DNA of 63,852 nucleotides, filler included, from Octopus bimaculoides (lineage: Eukaryota), in assembly GCF_001194135.2 (NCBI RefSeq). It is 5 parts of 5 records of this genome, joined end to end, with 100 filler letters (N's around TTAATTAATTAA, not from the genome) between each part and the next. Parts side by side here need not be neighbours in the genome. Positions count along the whole stretch, not along the records: positions 34,312 to 44,084 come from NC_068982.1; positions 44,185 to 62,579 come from NC_068997.1; 3 more parts are not named here. One strand, given 5' to 3'. Shown piece by piece: positions 36,127 to 48,029 of the stretch (its first letter is position 1; each line of letters opens with the position of its first letter). The position numbers and the translations under genes are program-made. The notes beneath the pieces were generated by a model. It searched no databases. It was given only the letters and a program-made list of their open reading frames with translations, and was not told the DNA's origin.

Positions 36127-36430
36127 CAGTTACTCTCGGGTCCAAAATAACAGTGGGAGTTGGAATAAGCAGGTAGGTTGGACATTTACTTAAATTCTTA
36201 TAAGCGGGTGAGTTGGAATAAACGGCAGGGTTAGAAAATCGGTAATTGTATAGCGGTAACTGTATAAAATTTTAAAATTTTCTAGGTTGTCTTCTTTGAT
36301 TTTTTAAAAAACCCAGTTATTTACTCTCGTATCCCAAATAATAGAGGCGTGGTGGTGTGCTGGAAGAAGCGGGTAGGTTGGACATTTCCTTAAGTTCGTA
36401 TAAGCGGGTGGGTTGGAATCAGTAACTGTA
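36127..36430. repeat. Degenerate tandem duplication with ~200-bp period
   Basis: 36162-36219 and 36362-36419 share GGAA.AAGC.GGTAGGTTGGACATTT.CTTAA.TTC.TATAAGCGGGTG.GTTGGAAT. Confidence 0.8.
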
Positions 36431-36599
36431 TCATTCAACTACGGCAGTAGTTGAATAATATTCTTAAGGCCGCAATTTACTCACACGCAGCATCTTTCAA
36501 AGCTTGTCGCTAATTCAGTTCTTAACCAAATTGGAAGCCGTTAACATTTTTGAAGAGGACTGTTCCCGAGCTACATTTTGGCATAAAAAAATTGAGATT

Positions 36600-36770
36600 T
36601 TCTTTTATTCTTTTATATGTTTCAGTCAGTTGACTGCGGCCATACTGGAGCACCGCCTTTAGTCGAGGAAATTCACTCCAGGACTTATTCTTTAAGCCTA
36701 GTATTTATTCTATCGTTCTCTTTTACCGAACCGCTAAGTTACGGTGACGTAAATGCACCAGCATCGGTGC
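36600..36770 (-). mobile_element. SINE family B, 3' half
   Basis: TTTCAGTCAGTTGACTGCGGCCATACTGGAGCACCGCCTTTAGTCG...CACCAGCATCGG. Confidence 0.8.
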
Positions 36771-36981
36771 TTCAATTGCTTCTACTATANNNNNNNNNNN
36801 NNNNNNNNNNNNNNNNNNNNNNNNNATATATATATGCATATATACATATACACACAAACATTACAGAAGTAAATAGATACCCCATAAAACATCGTTTTAT
36901 GTTTATTCTAACTTGTAAAGGTTTATATTTTTTATTAATTGACATTTTTATGTCTCAGGTTCTATATGTAACTGTTTAATC

Positions 36982-37311
36982 ATGCCATGTACAAACGAAG
37001 CCTTGAAACAGTTTTTATTTCAAAGTTTTTATTGTGGGTCATTCTGAAGTTGGACATAGCGTAAAATCGCAGAAAACCTTGGGATCTCGCTTTCTACAGT
37101 TAATAGAGTGATTGAGCGATTCACCAGAGAGGGGAAGGAATCCACATTACCTCGCCCAGATTAACCAGGGCCCTCTGACAGGACCCTTCTCTTTGCTAAG
37201 AGAAATGTGAAGGATAATCTTCGCTGCAAGGCCTCTGACATAGCAGAGCAAGTTGATATCAGTCCCAGAACAGCTATCAAGTATCTCCACAAACTTGGTT
37301 ACCATGGCAGA
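36982..37311 (+). pseudogene. Tc1-family transposase N-terminal (HTH) fragment
   Basis: [42 protein letters not shown]...KASDIAEQVDISPRTAIKYLHKLGYHGR; interrupted by a family E repeat. Confidence 0.75.
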
Positions 37312-37589
37312 AGTAGTATCATAGCCATGTGTTGAGAGGAATTTGAATAATTCACCTCTCGAAACATGGCTGTTTCGTTCAACATCCTTACTCGACCTGA
37401 AGAAGATTCTAACTGGGCTCCACTTACATGGTCCTGCGCTGTTTGTCTTGGGATCACCATGTCGTGTACATTAGGTTGTGATGCAGGTGTACCCTTATCA
37501 GACGGGTAGTCATGATGAGTATACTGAGTTTCGTATATTTTACGCCAGTGTCACTTTGATGGCATGTGTTACTCTCTCACTCAATAATG

Positions 37590-37637
<48 letters not shown>

Positions 37638-38090
37638 GTAATGACGATGATGATGACGATGATGATGATGATGATGATGATGATAATAATAATAATAATA
37701 ATAATCAGTACCAGGCAGTGGCTCTCATGGCTTCTGATCTTAACTGATTGGAAGTGTTATGTACATGTTTTGTCTTGGTGTGAAAGATGGGCTACAGCAA
37801 ATATTCTGTTCAATACCACAGATTTGCCTGTCAGTTGTTTGACCTTAACCAGTTGAGCATGTCCTTTGGTGGCTGATGATATGTGCACCTCTGATCACAA
37901 GCAGAAATAGTGCGGGAACATCATAGCCATGTATTGAGAGGAATACTTTGGGGTTTGAATAATTCACCTCTGGAAACAGGTGTTTCATTCAACATCCTTA
38001 AACAACCCTTATTCAAGGACCATTTGAGCAGGATCGGCTACTCGACCTGAAGAAAATTCTAACTGGGCCACACCTGCAAGGTCATGCGTG
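37312..38090 (+). repeat. Two copies of family E repeat (internally deleted 37312-37470; longer 37710-38090) around a trinucleotide tract
   Basis: Shared blocks ATCATAGCCATGT.TTGAGAGGAAT, TTTGAATAATTCACCTCT.GAAACA, TTCAACATCCTTA, CTCGACCTGAAGAA.ATTCTAACTGGGC. Confidence 0.7.
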
Positions 38091-38960
38091 TGTGTGCGTG
38101 TGTGTGTATGTATCTATACGTTAAGTCATTGCAGTTTTGTCCTAGTTTGGTCTAAATAAGCTCTAGTAACTTGCTAGCTTTTTAGTTTCACTAATTTTGG
38201 GAGAAAGGCATGAATATCAAAATTCACATTTCTTTCTCCTCCTCTTTCTCTCTCTCTTCACACAGTCTCTCCATTCTCTCCCTCCCTCTCTCTCTCTCTT
38301 TCTGCCTCTTTCTCTCTGTCTCTCCCCCTTTCTCTCTCTCCCCATTTCTCTTCTTCGTCTCCTCAAAAATCACCCCATTTTTATGTACAGCGGAAGAGTG
38401 GGGAGACCAACAACTATATAAACTGTTAGTTTTATCATCCTGTTGATATTTGCCTAATCGTTCTATTCGTTGCTCTACTCTATTTTATGCATTTGTTATA
38501 TATTTTTAAATTCTATCAGTCTCGCTCGACGTTAACTGATTGTTGCAATGCCTCTCACTAGGGCAATGTAATATAATATTGCTAAACCGCTGTATGTATT
38601 TTACTACTTTCTTTCTTTCCCTTCTTTCTTTTGATTTTTCTATTTCTCTAACTGCTTTTACTCATTCTCTTAGTTTTACTTCTTTACTTGTGTTTTTTTT
38701 TTGCTTTTGTTCGTTCTTCTCTGCTATTTGTAGTATTCTAGTTGACTTCAATATTTTCATCATTATTGCTTTTTGTGTTTTGTTTTTGTTTGTTTTTTCT
38801 CACTGTAGAAAAGATATGGTCTAAAACTTTTATATTTTTTTATAGCTCCATCTAACATGAAAATATACTCCAAGTAAGGAAATAACCAAACATATCAACA
38901 AGAACCCTGAGAACGCGATGTTAAGTATGGAGGCTCCATTGTCACAATGTTTATAAAAAT

Positions 38961-39379
38961 CCTTTCTCCAAATTTTGTGGGGGAGGGGCTAGTCAATTAT
39001 ATCGACACCAGTGCATAACTGGTACTTATTTAATCGACCTCGAAAGGATGAAAGACAAAGTCGACCGCGGCGGCTTTTGAACTCAGAACGTAAGGGCGGA
39101 TGAAATACCACTAAGCATTTTGCTAATGATTTGGCCAGCTCGCCGCCTTCTCAATGTTCATAATAATCCTTTCTACTATAGGCACAAGGCCTGAAATTTT
39201 AGGGAAGGGAGCTAGTCGATTACATCGACCCCAGTGCATGCCTGGTACTTATTTTATCGATGCAAAAGGATGAAAGGCAAAGTCGACCTCGGCAGAATTT
39301 GAACTCAGACCGTAGAGACGGACGAAATACTGCTAAGCATTTTCCCCGGTGTGCTAACGATTTTGTCTGCTCGCAGCCT
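38961..39379 (-). mobile_element. Two head-to-tail SINE family A copies (38961-39148, 39168-39379)
   Basis: Both carry the family A core. Exact 19-bp TCTCAATGTTCATAATAAT at 39149-39167 and 39380-39398; degenerate third copy near 38945-38960. Confidence 0.9.
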
Positions 39380-39593
39380 TCTCAATGTTCATAATAATGA
39401 TGGTTTCAAGCATAGATGTTGAGGAATTTCAAATTGGAACATCAAGGGTCGCACCTAAATGCTCATACATTACCATCCTTATAATTTCCTTCTTCTATCT
39501 ACTAGGGACACAGTGTTGTGTATAAGTGTGTTTGCCTGTTAATATGTTAAAAGGAATAGCATCCACCCTTTTAGTGCGCGCGCGCGCGCGCGT

Positions 39594-39962
39594 GGAAGCA
39601 CGATGGCCCAGTGGTAGGGTAGCGGTTTTGATACTCAGACCGAGCATTTATTGAGTGTTTATACAGAGTTTCTTCAGCGAAAACACCTAAAGCTCCACGA
39701 GGCTTCAGAAGGGGGGTGGGGTGGCGAACCCTGCGGTACACTTTCACCACAACTTTCTCTCTTTTTTCCTGTTTCTCTTGTATCTGTATTTCAAAGGGCC
39801 AGCCTTGCCACACTCAGTGTCACACTGAACCTCCCCGAGAACTACGTGAAGGGTGCACGTGTCTGTGGAGTGCTCAGCCACGTACACGTTAATTTCACGA
39901 GCAGGCTGTTCCGTTGATCGGATCAACTGGAACCTTCGTCATCGTAACCAACGGAGTACCAC
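39594..39962 (+). mobile_element. SINE family C, second copy with deleted anticodon region; extra fragment near 40325-40362
   Basis: Aligns to 18122-18512 over AAACACCTAAAGCTCCACGAGGCT...TTAATTTCACGAGCAGGCTGTTCCGTTGATCGGATCAACTGGAACC. Confidence 0.85.
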
Positions 39963-40179
39963 ATATATATATAGAGAGAGATTGGAGCAATCTCAAGTAT
40001 AAGCAGCCTAAATTGCAAAGATAATCTGGAGTCTGACTGAGGAAAGAAAACTTCGAATGACCCGTCCGTGTTTTTTTTTGTCTCCCTTTTGTATCATCTG
40101 TCTGGATGTTTTGCGTATATATATACATACATATGTACATACATACATACATAATACATACATACATACATACATGCAT

Positions 40180-40212
<33 letters not shown>

Positions 40213-40222
40213 NNNNNNNNNN

Positions 40223-40289
<67 letters not shown>

Positions 40290-40962
40290 TATACATACAG
40301 GTATATACATATATATATATACTTCGTGAGGGGGTGTTGGTGAACCCTGTGGTACACTTTCACGGGCCTGTAAGTAGTACAAAACAATAAACTCTGGGGA
40401 ATTCATTATTATTTTGACTGACACAAATTGTGAATCAGCATGAAAAAAAACAAAACAAAAAAAAAACAGATGACAGGAATGGGAAGAAAACCCGGAGTGT
40501 TCTATTTGTTTTCATAACGCACGGAAGAAAAATATTTGTCCACAGTATATGGTAGCCAACGTTCATGTGGTTGAGACTTCAACATTTTAGGGCATTGATA
40601 ACCTTCAACCCTAAGAAGATCAATCATTTCGAGACACAACATACCTGCTAAAGGATACATAAAAATTGCTGTCAGAAAATATACTTTACAACCAGCCAGA
40701 GTTTATAAAAACTTGAGGCTAGACAACTGCCCTAGTCTGTAAGATACGCATGAGTTTACTGCTACTCCACACTGCAGTCAACAGATCATCATTTTCAATT
40801 TCTCTACGATTTCTCTACTAATTACCAATACAAATTCCACGCAAATTAAGAACTTCAATGACGAACTGTTTATTCTTACAGGACACGCTCTCTACGGAAT
40901 AAGGATTTAACAATATCAACAGGACTCAAGTAATTTCTCTTTGAACTTTTTTTCATAACATC

Positions 40963-42919
40963 ATGGCAGAGAAAAGAGTATTTCGTGGTGCGATGTATGG
41001 AAATTATTCTATAGAAGAAAAGTAAGCACTTACTATCGTGGTGAACAAATGCAAAGAGGAGTATGATTCTGAATTAGAGCGAATGAAAAGGAAAACTCAT
41101 TGGGATGCTAAAAGGAAACGCCATGCCCCAGACACCCCGAAACAGGCATATCTCACCAAAGCAGTTCGTTTTGTTTTACTCGAATTTGGCTGGTGTCAAA
41201 AACTCTGATCGATTATTTGATTCTGCTGTTAAAGTAGCCGAACGCTGCCATGAAAAATATGTGAAAGGCGAACTTGACAACGCTGAAAAAAAATCCAAAG
41301 AGACGTTTCAGAGTCGCTGGAGGAGGTCGTAAAACAAAAGGACGAAGCGTGAGAGACGCCTTGTTTGAATGGTTTGTGGATGTTAGAACATCGTTGCATG
41401 CGAGATTACCTACCACAAGCTCTGTTCCTATTACAGGCTGAGAAATTTTATGAAGAGTGAATTTGCTAACACCCAGACACACCAACTGAGGAAAAGCTTT
41501 GTTTTTCAAAAAGCCGGATGAAAGGTTAGCAAAAAGAGTATGGGATATCACTGAAATTTCAAAACAAACGCATTTCATTCTCCAAAGAGCATTCAGGATT
41601 ATTTGAAGATATGGAGTGTGCGTCGTTATTTCCTTGACAAATTTGCTGTAGATCCTCCTAATTATCAATGGAGATCAAATGCCCTTGCAACGGAATGAAA
41701 CTAGCGGACCAGCTACTTTATCATTCAAGAAATCACGATATGTTTGTCAAAGAAAAACCACCATTTGTCTAGGGAACGTATCGCAGTGTTCATCCAGGTT
41801 AACAATGATACCAAAATCAATCTTATCCCAGAGTTTGTATTTAAAGGAACTGGAAAAAGACCACCACTACTGAATGCCCTGCTTACAATGAAATATCAAT
41901 GGTCTCCTAAAGGTTCTTATAGATTAGAAAAGTTGCTCTGTAGTATTGAAAACCTTTCAAACTGATTCAATGTTTCCACATGCAAACTTTGCTATTTATT
42001 GCTCGGTAATTACATGGTGCATTTGATGCCGGGGGTGAGAGACGCCCTCTGGAAAAGGGATTATGTGCTAGCCATCCTCGACGGATTTGTTCCAGTTAAC
42101 GACACGTATTTGCACAAACAACTGAAAGCAAAATATCGTGAGATAGAGAAAGCAAAAATGCTAGAAAAGATAGTTCAAACTTCGAATAAAATATCCACGC
42201 CCAATCCGAGATGATGCAGATGCTATATCAAGCACATGCAGATTGCAAGATTGATGTCGAAGATGACAGATTACAAGACTGATGTCAAGTCGACGTGAGC
42301 CACAAACGCTTTCGATGGCTCTGAAGATAATAAGGTGTTAGATCGAATCATGCACCTCGTCGTTCCGTCGATGCGAAAGTTTTGTCTAGTGATGATGTCA
42401 AAGCCCTGCCCAGATGCTATTCAGAGAGCCATTAAGAACTTAATTCCACCGAAAGGGGTCAAGCGTGCAAACAATACGGAAGGCTCTGAACTATTTGTTG
42501 GTAACAGCATTGAGGAAAAGGCTGCCGAAAGTGAGCCGGAAGATGAAGGCGAGCCATCTGGGAATCTTTTGGAGGTGATTGACCCCCCTGGAGAAATCCC
42601 CATGGATGTTTCGCAGGAGCCAAAGCACGGTCGGCTAAACATGATGATAGGAAGTTCTATCTCTCCTGTAGGAATCAGCAGTGATGATCAGGTTAATAAA
42701 GATGCCCTGTTCCTTGAAAAAATACAGGTGTTGGATGAAAACGAAACCTCTACACTTTTCTTGCCATATCGAAGCAAACTCATGTCAATTGTCAGTGAAG
42801 TTCGGCGATCCGTAAAAAGCGAATATCGAAACCGAGAAACCTGCAGAAGGACAGTCACAAAAAAAATCATGACTATCATTTATACCTATTTACGGAGTGC
42901 TATGTTTTATTATGTATAG
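40963..42919 (+). pseudogene. Degenerate pogo-like (CENP-B HTH + DDE_1) transposase
   Basis: Across frameshifts: GGGRKTKGRSVRDALFEWFVDVRTSLHARLP (HTH), IINGDQMPLQRNE, PEFVFKGTGK, QWSPKGSYR, VNDTYLHKQLKAKYRE, NAFDGSED. Many stops. TIRs not identified. Confidence 0.8.
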
Positions 42920-43542
42920 TATAATAAATACTGCAAGTTCACAAAACGGTTATTATACTCTTTTCATTGTGTCTTACTTTTTTTTTCTTTTTAAGACGTG
43001 ATACTTGTATCAGTATCTGTTTAGTCCACCGCATTAAAAAAAATCCCATAATTACCATAATTACCATAATTACCATAATGTCTTATTTTTATTATTTAAA
43101 TGTATATCTTAACTAAAGCGAACGTTCGAAACACACGTATGTGCTAATTTCACTTGTCTCTTGTTAATTTCTTTTGCCTCGCTGTGTCGGTCGGTATATG
43201 TGCTTTAAGATGCTTTTTTCCTAATGTTCGTACATACATTATTACATGGAAAAATGCGAGCAAGAGATTATAAATCTTTTCCAGATTTAGTACAGGACAA
43301 GTACAGGACAAGTACAGAACAATTGGAAAAGTTCAGGACAAGTTATTACATCTGGTAAAGGACAGAACAAGAAAATGTTTACTTAAAATATTGCAGCTAA
43401 GGATAAGATTTCAAATAAAATATTTAGATTTAGAAAATAGTTTTTATTAAACTAAAAATCTTATTACAAGTTATTATTTGTATTTGTTATTACTTGTTAC
43501 TTCTATTAAAAATAAAAAATAACTCAAGATATTTATTTAACC

Positions 43543-43850
43543 TCTAACTTTGAAGAGTATGCGTTTGCAATCCAGGAACAGGAAATATCGACCAAGTACC
43601 TGATGCACAAAAGGGATAGAGATGCGGGAAAGCCGTAAAATGTGACAATCGATGCAGACTTTGTGGAGTTCACCCTGAAGATATCACCCACACCATAAGC
43701 AGTTGTACGAAAGTGTCATCACGGTATTATCTACCGATGAGACATGACGTTGTAGCTAGGATACTCTATAATGAAATCCGTCGGAAGGATAATCCCAAGG
43801 ACAAAGAAATAAGAAGCCTTGAATGTAGCTTCTTTGGCAAGAAATCTTGA
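43543..43850 (+). mobile_element. R4/Dong-like (restriction-like endonuclease) non-LTR retrotransposon fragment
   Basis: SNFEEYAFAIQEQEISTKYL...(frameshift)...CDNRCRLCGVHPEDITHTISSC...RYYLPMRHDVVARILYN: CCHC knuckle plus RHD motif of RLE elements. Absent from the ORF track. Confidence 0.75.
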
Positions 43851-43866
43851 CATAAACTGAATAATG

Positions 43867-43907
<41 letters not shown>

Positions 43908-44084
43908 CAGAATCAATAATATAGGCGATTGCAGGCCCCCCCAAAATGCATTAAATAGCTAAAAGATTAAAATTAATCAAAGGACATGCTAAGTATGTCT
44001 ACCGGCTGGAAATAATAGTCAAAACACTTATTTAAATCGCCAAAATACACTGATAATAACTACAGAAATCAACCGTCCTAAGGC

Positions 44085-44184
44085 NNNNNNNNNNNNNNNN
44101 NNNNNNNNNNNNNNNNNNNNNNNNNNNNTTAATTAATTAANNNNNNNNNNNNNNNNNNNNNNNNNNNNNNNNNNNNNNNNNNNN
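44085..44184. other. Artificial scaffold join (44 N + TTAATTAATTAA + 44 N)
   Basis: Same construct as 9719-9818. Confidence 0.95.
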
Positions 44185-44225
44185 TATATATATACACACA
44201 TACAGATATATTTATTTAATTTTCT

Positions 44226-44352
44226 TTTCTACTCTAGGCACAAGGCCCGAAATTTGGGGGGAGGGGCCAGTCGATTAGATCGACTGCAGGACGCAACTGG
44301 TACTTAATTTATCGACCTCGAACGGATGAAAGGCCAAGTCGACCTTGGTAGA
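44226..44352 (-). mobile_element. SINE family A, 3' half
   Basis: TTTTCTACTCTAGGCACAAGGCCCGAAATTT...CTGGTACTTAATTTATCGACC...GGATGAAAGGCCAAGTCGACC. Confidence 0.8.
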
Positions 44353-44394
44353 ATATATATATATATATAATATTATAATACAGCTTATATATAC

Positions 44395-44457
<63 letters not shown>

Positions 44458-45157
44458 GATAGATAGATGTAGATATATAGACATCTACATTTATATTTGT
44501 ATTATCTCAAATATCTTTGTTATGTCTCACTTAAGTATCTAATGGTTACTTTTAGCATTTATTGTCATTATTGTTGTTACTAATACAATAGATATTCTTG
44601 TTACATGATATCGACGTTACCGTTTTGGAAACAAGACGTCTGACATAACAAAAATGATATCAGCATAGTTTCTGATATAATAACTTAACACTACACCGTG
44701 ATATCTCCATCAAATATCCCTTAAGAAATATATATTATATGTTTCAGTGATATTACTGTATATATCTATACTGTGATAAAAAAATAAAACCTTCTGTGCT
44801 ATATATGTGTAAATATATTTGTATGTTTTCATGTGCGTGTGTGTGTATGCACTTCTTGGTATGTGTGTGCATGTGTGTGTGTGTGTCTGAGTGTGTCTCT
44901 GTGGGCGTTTGTCTGTGTATGTGTGTCTCTGTGTGCGTCTGCCTGTGTATGTGTGTCTCTGTGTGCGCGTTTGTGCGAGAGTGTCCTTAATGTGAACACA
45001 AGTTTTGAGAGAAACAGACGTATCAAAGAATACCAAAACACAAAACTTTAAATAAATATTGTTGTCAATACACTTATCCATACATACATGGAAACGTGAA
45101 AAATAGAACTCGAGCTATAAGTATACGTATATTTTATTTAATATTTAGCAACCGTAA

Positions 45158-45373
45158 GGCGGTGAACTGGCAGGAGCGTTAACACACCGGGCGAAACGCT
45201 TAGCGGTATTTCGTCTGTCTTTACCTTCAGTGTTAAAATTCCGCCGAAGTGGACTTTGCCTTACATTCTTTCGGGGTCGATAAATTAAGTACCAGTCAGT
45301 TGCGTATTAGGATCGATCTAATCGACTGGCTCCTCTCCCAAAACTTCGAATCTTGTGCCTAGAGTAGAAAAGT
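45158..45373 (+). mobile_element. SINE family A, full length with perfect 17-bp TSD
   Basis: ATATTTAGCAACCGTAA at 45141-45157 and 45374-45390. Confidence 0.92.
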
Positions 45374-45516
45374 ATATTTAGCAACCGTAACAGTGTGAGT
45401 CAAGATCCGAGGGCTTCGTGCGTTACCGTTTAATACGAATCAACGCAAGAAACTCTTGGATCTTAAGTAGCTCTGTTACCTCTACTACATATTAATAAAG
45501 GTATACATATATATGA

Positions 45517-45557
<41 letters not shown>

Positions 45558-45573
45558 ATGTGTTTGTGTGTGT

Positions 45574-45619
<46 letters not shown>

Positions 45620-45634
45620 ATATAGGGTTTATGT

Positions 45635-45765
45635 GATCAAGTGGTCCTGGTTCAATTTGGACTTGACTCTAACTATGGCAGCTTTTATAAAATTTTTGGT
45701 GTTATGGGCATGTTCATTGACCTCTCTCTCTCAACAACGCTCCACATGTAATAGTCCAATACCAA
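45635..45765 (-). pseudogene. Short Tc1/mariner (maT/DD37D-like) transposase C-terminal fragment
   Basis: Minus strand LDYYMWSVVERE..VNEHAHNTK..IKAAIVRVKSKLNQDHLI resembles the LDYYVW motif and downstream helices. Confidence 0.55.
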
Positions 45766-46346
45766 TCTTGCCAGTACCAATCTTGGGTCAGGCATTTATG
45801 CCTCAAATCCGTATTATTCTGTAAGTATATCCATCTGGAATCAAAGAGGAAGAATATTATACCACTGATAATCCTCGAAATTATAATTCGCAACTGCGGC
45901 TTTTTCGAACTGCATCTATTTCAAACTGCAGTCTCGAAATTCACCGATCTCTGCTGACAGTTTAAAATCATAGCCTCCATTAATCCTTTTAAATTTTAAA
46001 CATCGTGTCTCTGAACAATAGTAACTCAGCTGACTGAAGAGTGTATTTGAATATATCATCGCTACTTTTCTACATGTATTGTAGTTACGATCAATCAACG
46101 TAGATGCATATCACGGATTCAACTGATTAGACAAGGCCGATTTCAAATGACGCCCAAATAAATAGAGTCTTTAAATGCGTTACTCATTCATGTGCTTAAT
46201 ATATTATCTACGCAATAGGACATACAAAGCACAGTCATATATATATATAAATAAATACAGAGACACAGACACATATATGTATATACATGTATATATCTGT
46301 AATATGCTAAATATACGCATATCTAACATAGATATATGCAGATATC

Positions 46347-46383
<37 letters not shown>

Positions 46384-46987
46384 AGAAAATGTATAAACGG
46401 ATGATGAGTAAAGCACTAACACATGTATAAGTATATATATATATATATATATATATANNNNNNNNNNNNNNNNNNNNNNNNNNNNNNNNNNNNNNNNNNN
46501 NNNNNNNNNNNNNNNNNNNNNNNNNNNNNNNNNNNNNNNNNNNNNNNNNNNNNNNNNNNNNNNNNNNNNNNATATATATGTTCGTATCACTCAGGGAGGC
46601 CGTTTTATACACGTCTGTTCACAATAAACGAAGTTATGTTACGTTCACAAACAGTGTGGTCAATTTGGTTACCGTATAGGGTGACCAAACGCCATCTATA
46701 TTACTGATGTTTATGTTATGGGTCTAAAATTTAATATAGTTTATGTTAATGCATTATTATGACCCGTAATTTAGGGGTTAAGCAAAAAAAATATTTATAA
46801 AATAAGTACAAAGTAACAAAACACTGAGTCTGTATTGGAAACCTTTGAAAGCGGTGTCCTACTGAAGTTAATGAAACCATTAAATGATAAAAATATACAC
46901 ATCTATGTATATTTGCATATATGCATATATGTGTATGTATATATGTATATGTATATGTGTGTGTATGTATCCATTTACAGACATAGC

Positions 46988-47026
<39 letters not shown>

Positions 47027-48029
47027 ACACACATATATATATATATGGAGAGAGAGAAAGAATTAGCGAGAAAGAAGAGGAGAATGATAGAGAGAAAGAA
47101 AGAGAGATACAGATAGACACACAGACAGAGTGTTATTGGATGAGACAGACCGAAAAGAGTGATGGAAGTTTCAAAGAGAGAAATTATATGAAATTTATAA
47201 GTAGGTGCGTGAAATCAAAATTATTAGTTATACATTTTTTATTGTGATGATACATAATAATATTAATAAGTCCCTGATAATATGAACTTTATGTGAACTG
47301 AAATATTATCAAAGCTGGGCTATTATCAAATAATATTTCCAAATAAATATATTATCTGTATATTTGATATAATTGTTGCATAGAGATATCTTAGAATATC
47401 ATTTTTATAACCATAGATAATATATAAACAAATTGTATTAAGTTATTATATTATATTTATGATCTTTAATTTTATTTTATGCGTCTTCGGTTGGTTGCTG
47501 TAACTTTCATTGTTATTTAGCCCAAGGTCAGACTGGATCGAGTTGATTGTACAATGAGAATTTTTTCGGGCGTGTTTATTATCCCTTCTTTTATTTTGAC
47601 AGAGTTATGTGTAGATGGCTATTCCATTCAGTGTTATAGGGGTTGCAGGATGAGGGTTATCGGAGTTTTGAAGTGATAACGCAAAGTCCCCTACTATTTT
47701 TCAATACATTCAAGCAGCTTCCCTGGGTGGTTCTACATACTAGAAATAGCAGCGAAACCACATTCAAGTCGTCTGAGAAAGATAATGTATTGGGTAATTG
47801 GCTCTGTCTTCTCTACACATGCATGGAATAACTATAACCGTAATTCTACTCCATCTGAGTTGACTTAGGGTTAAACGACGCAAACAATAGGAGCGAATGG
47901 AAAGCCACTCTACAGTTGTTCCACAAGGAATACCACACAATTCTTCGTTGCATTAGACGATACTGCCTTAAATAATATGAATACATTGGATTAGGGTGAC
48001 GTGGTACCAGAATTGTAAGCACCTCAGAC

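Noticed and set aside
40030-40065. Hammerhead-like CTGAGGA-AAG-AAAA-CTT-CGAAT
   Set aside because: GAAA strand broken and no stem III or stem I; at most a very decayed remnant.
40400-43100. TIRs of the pogo-like element
   Set aside because: No matching inverted termini found by eye, so element boundaries are not claimed.
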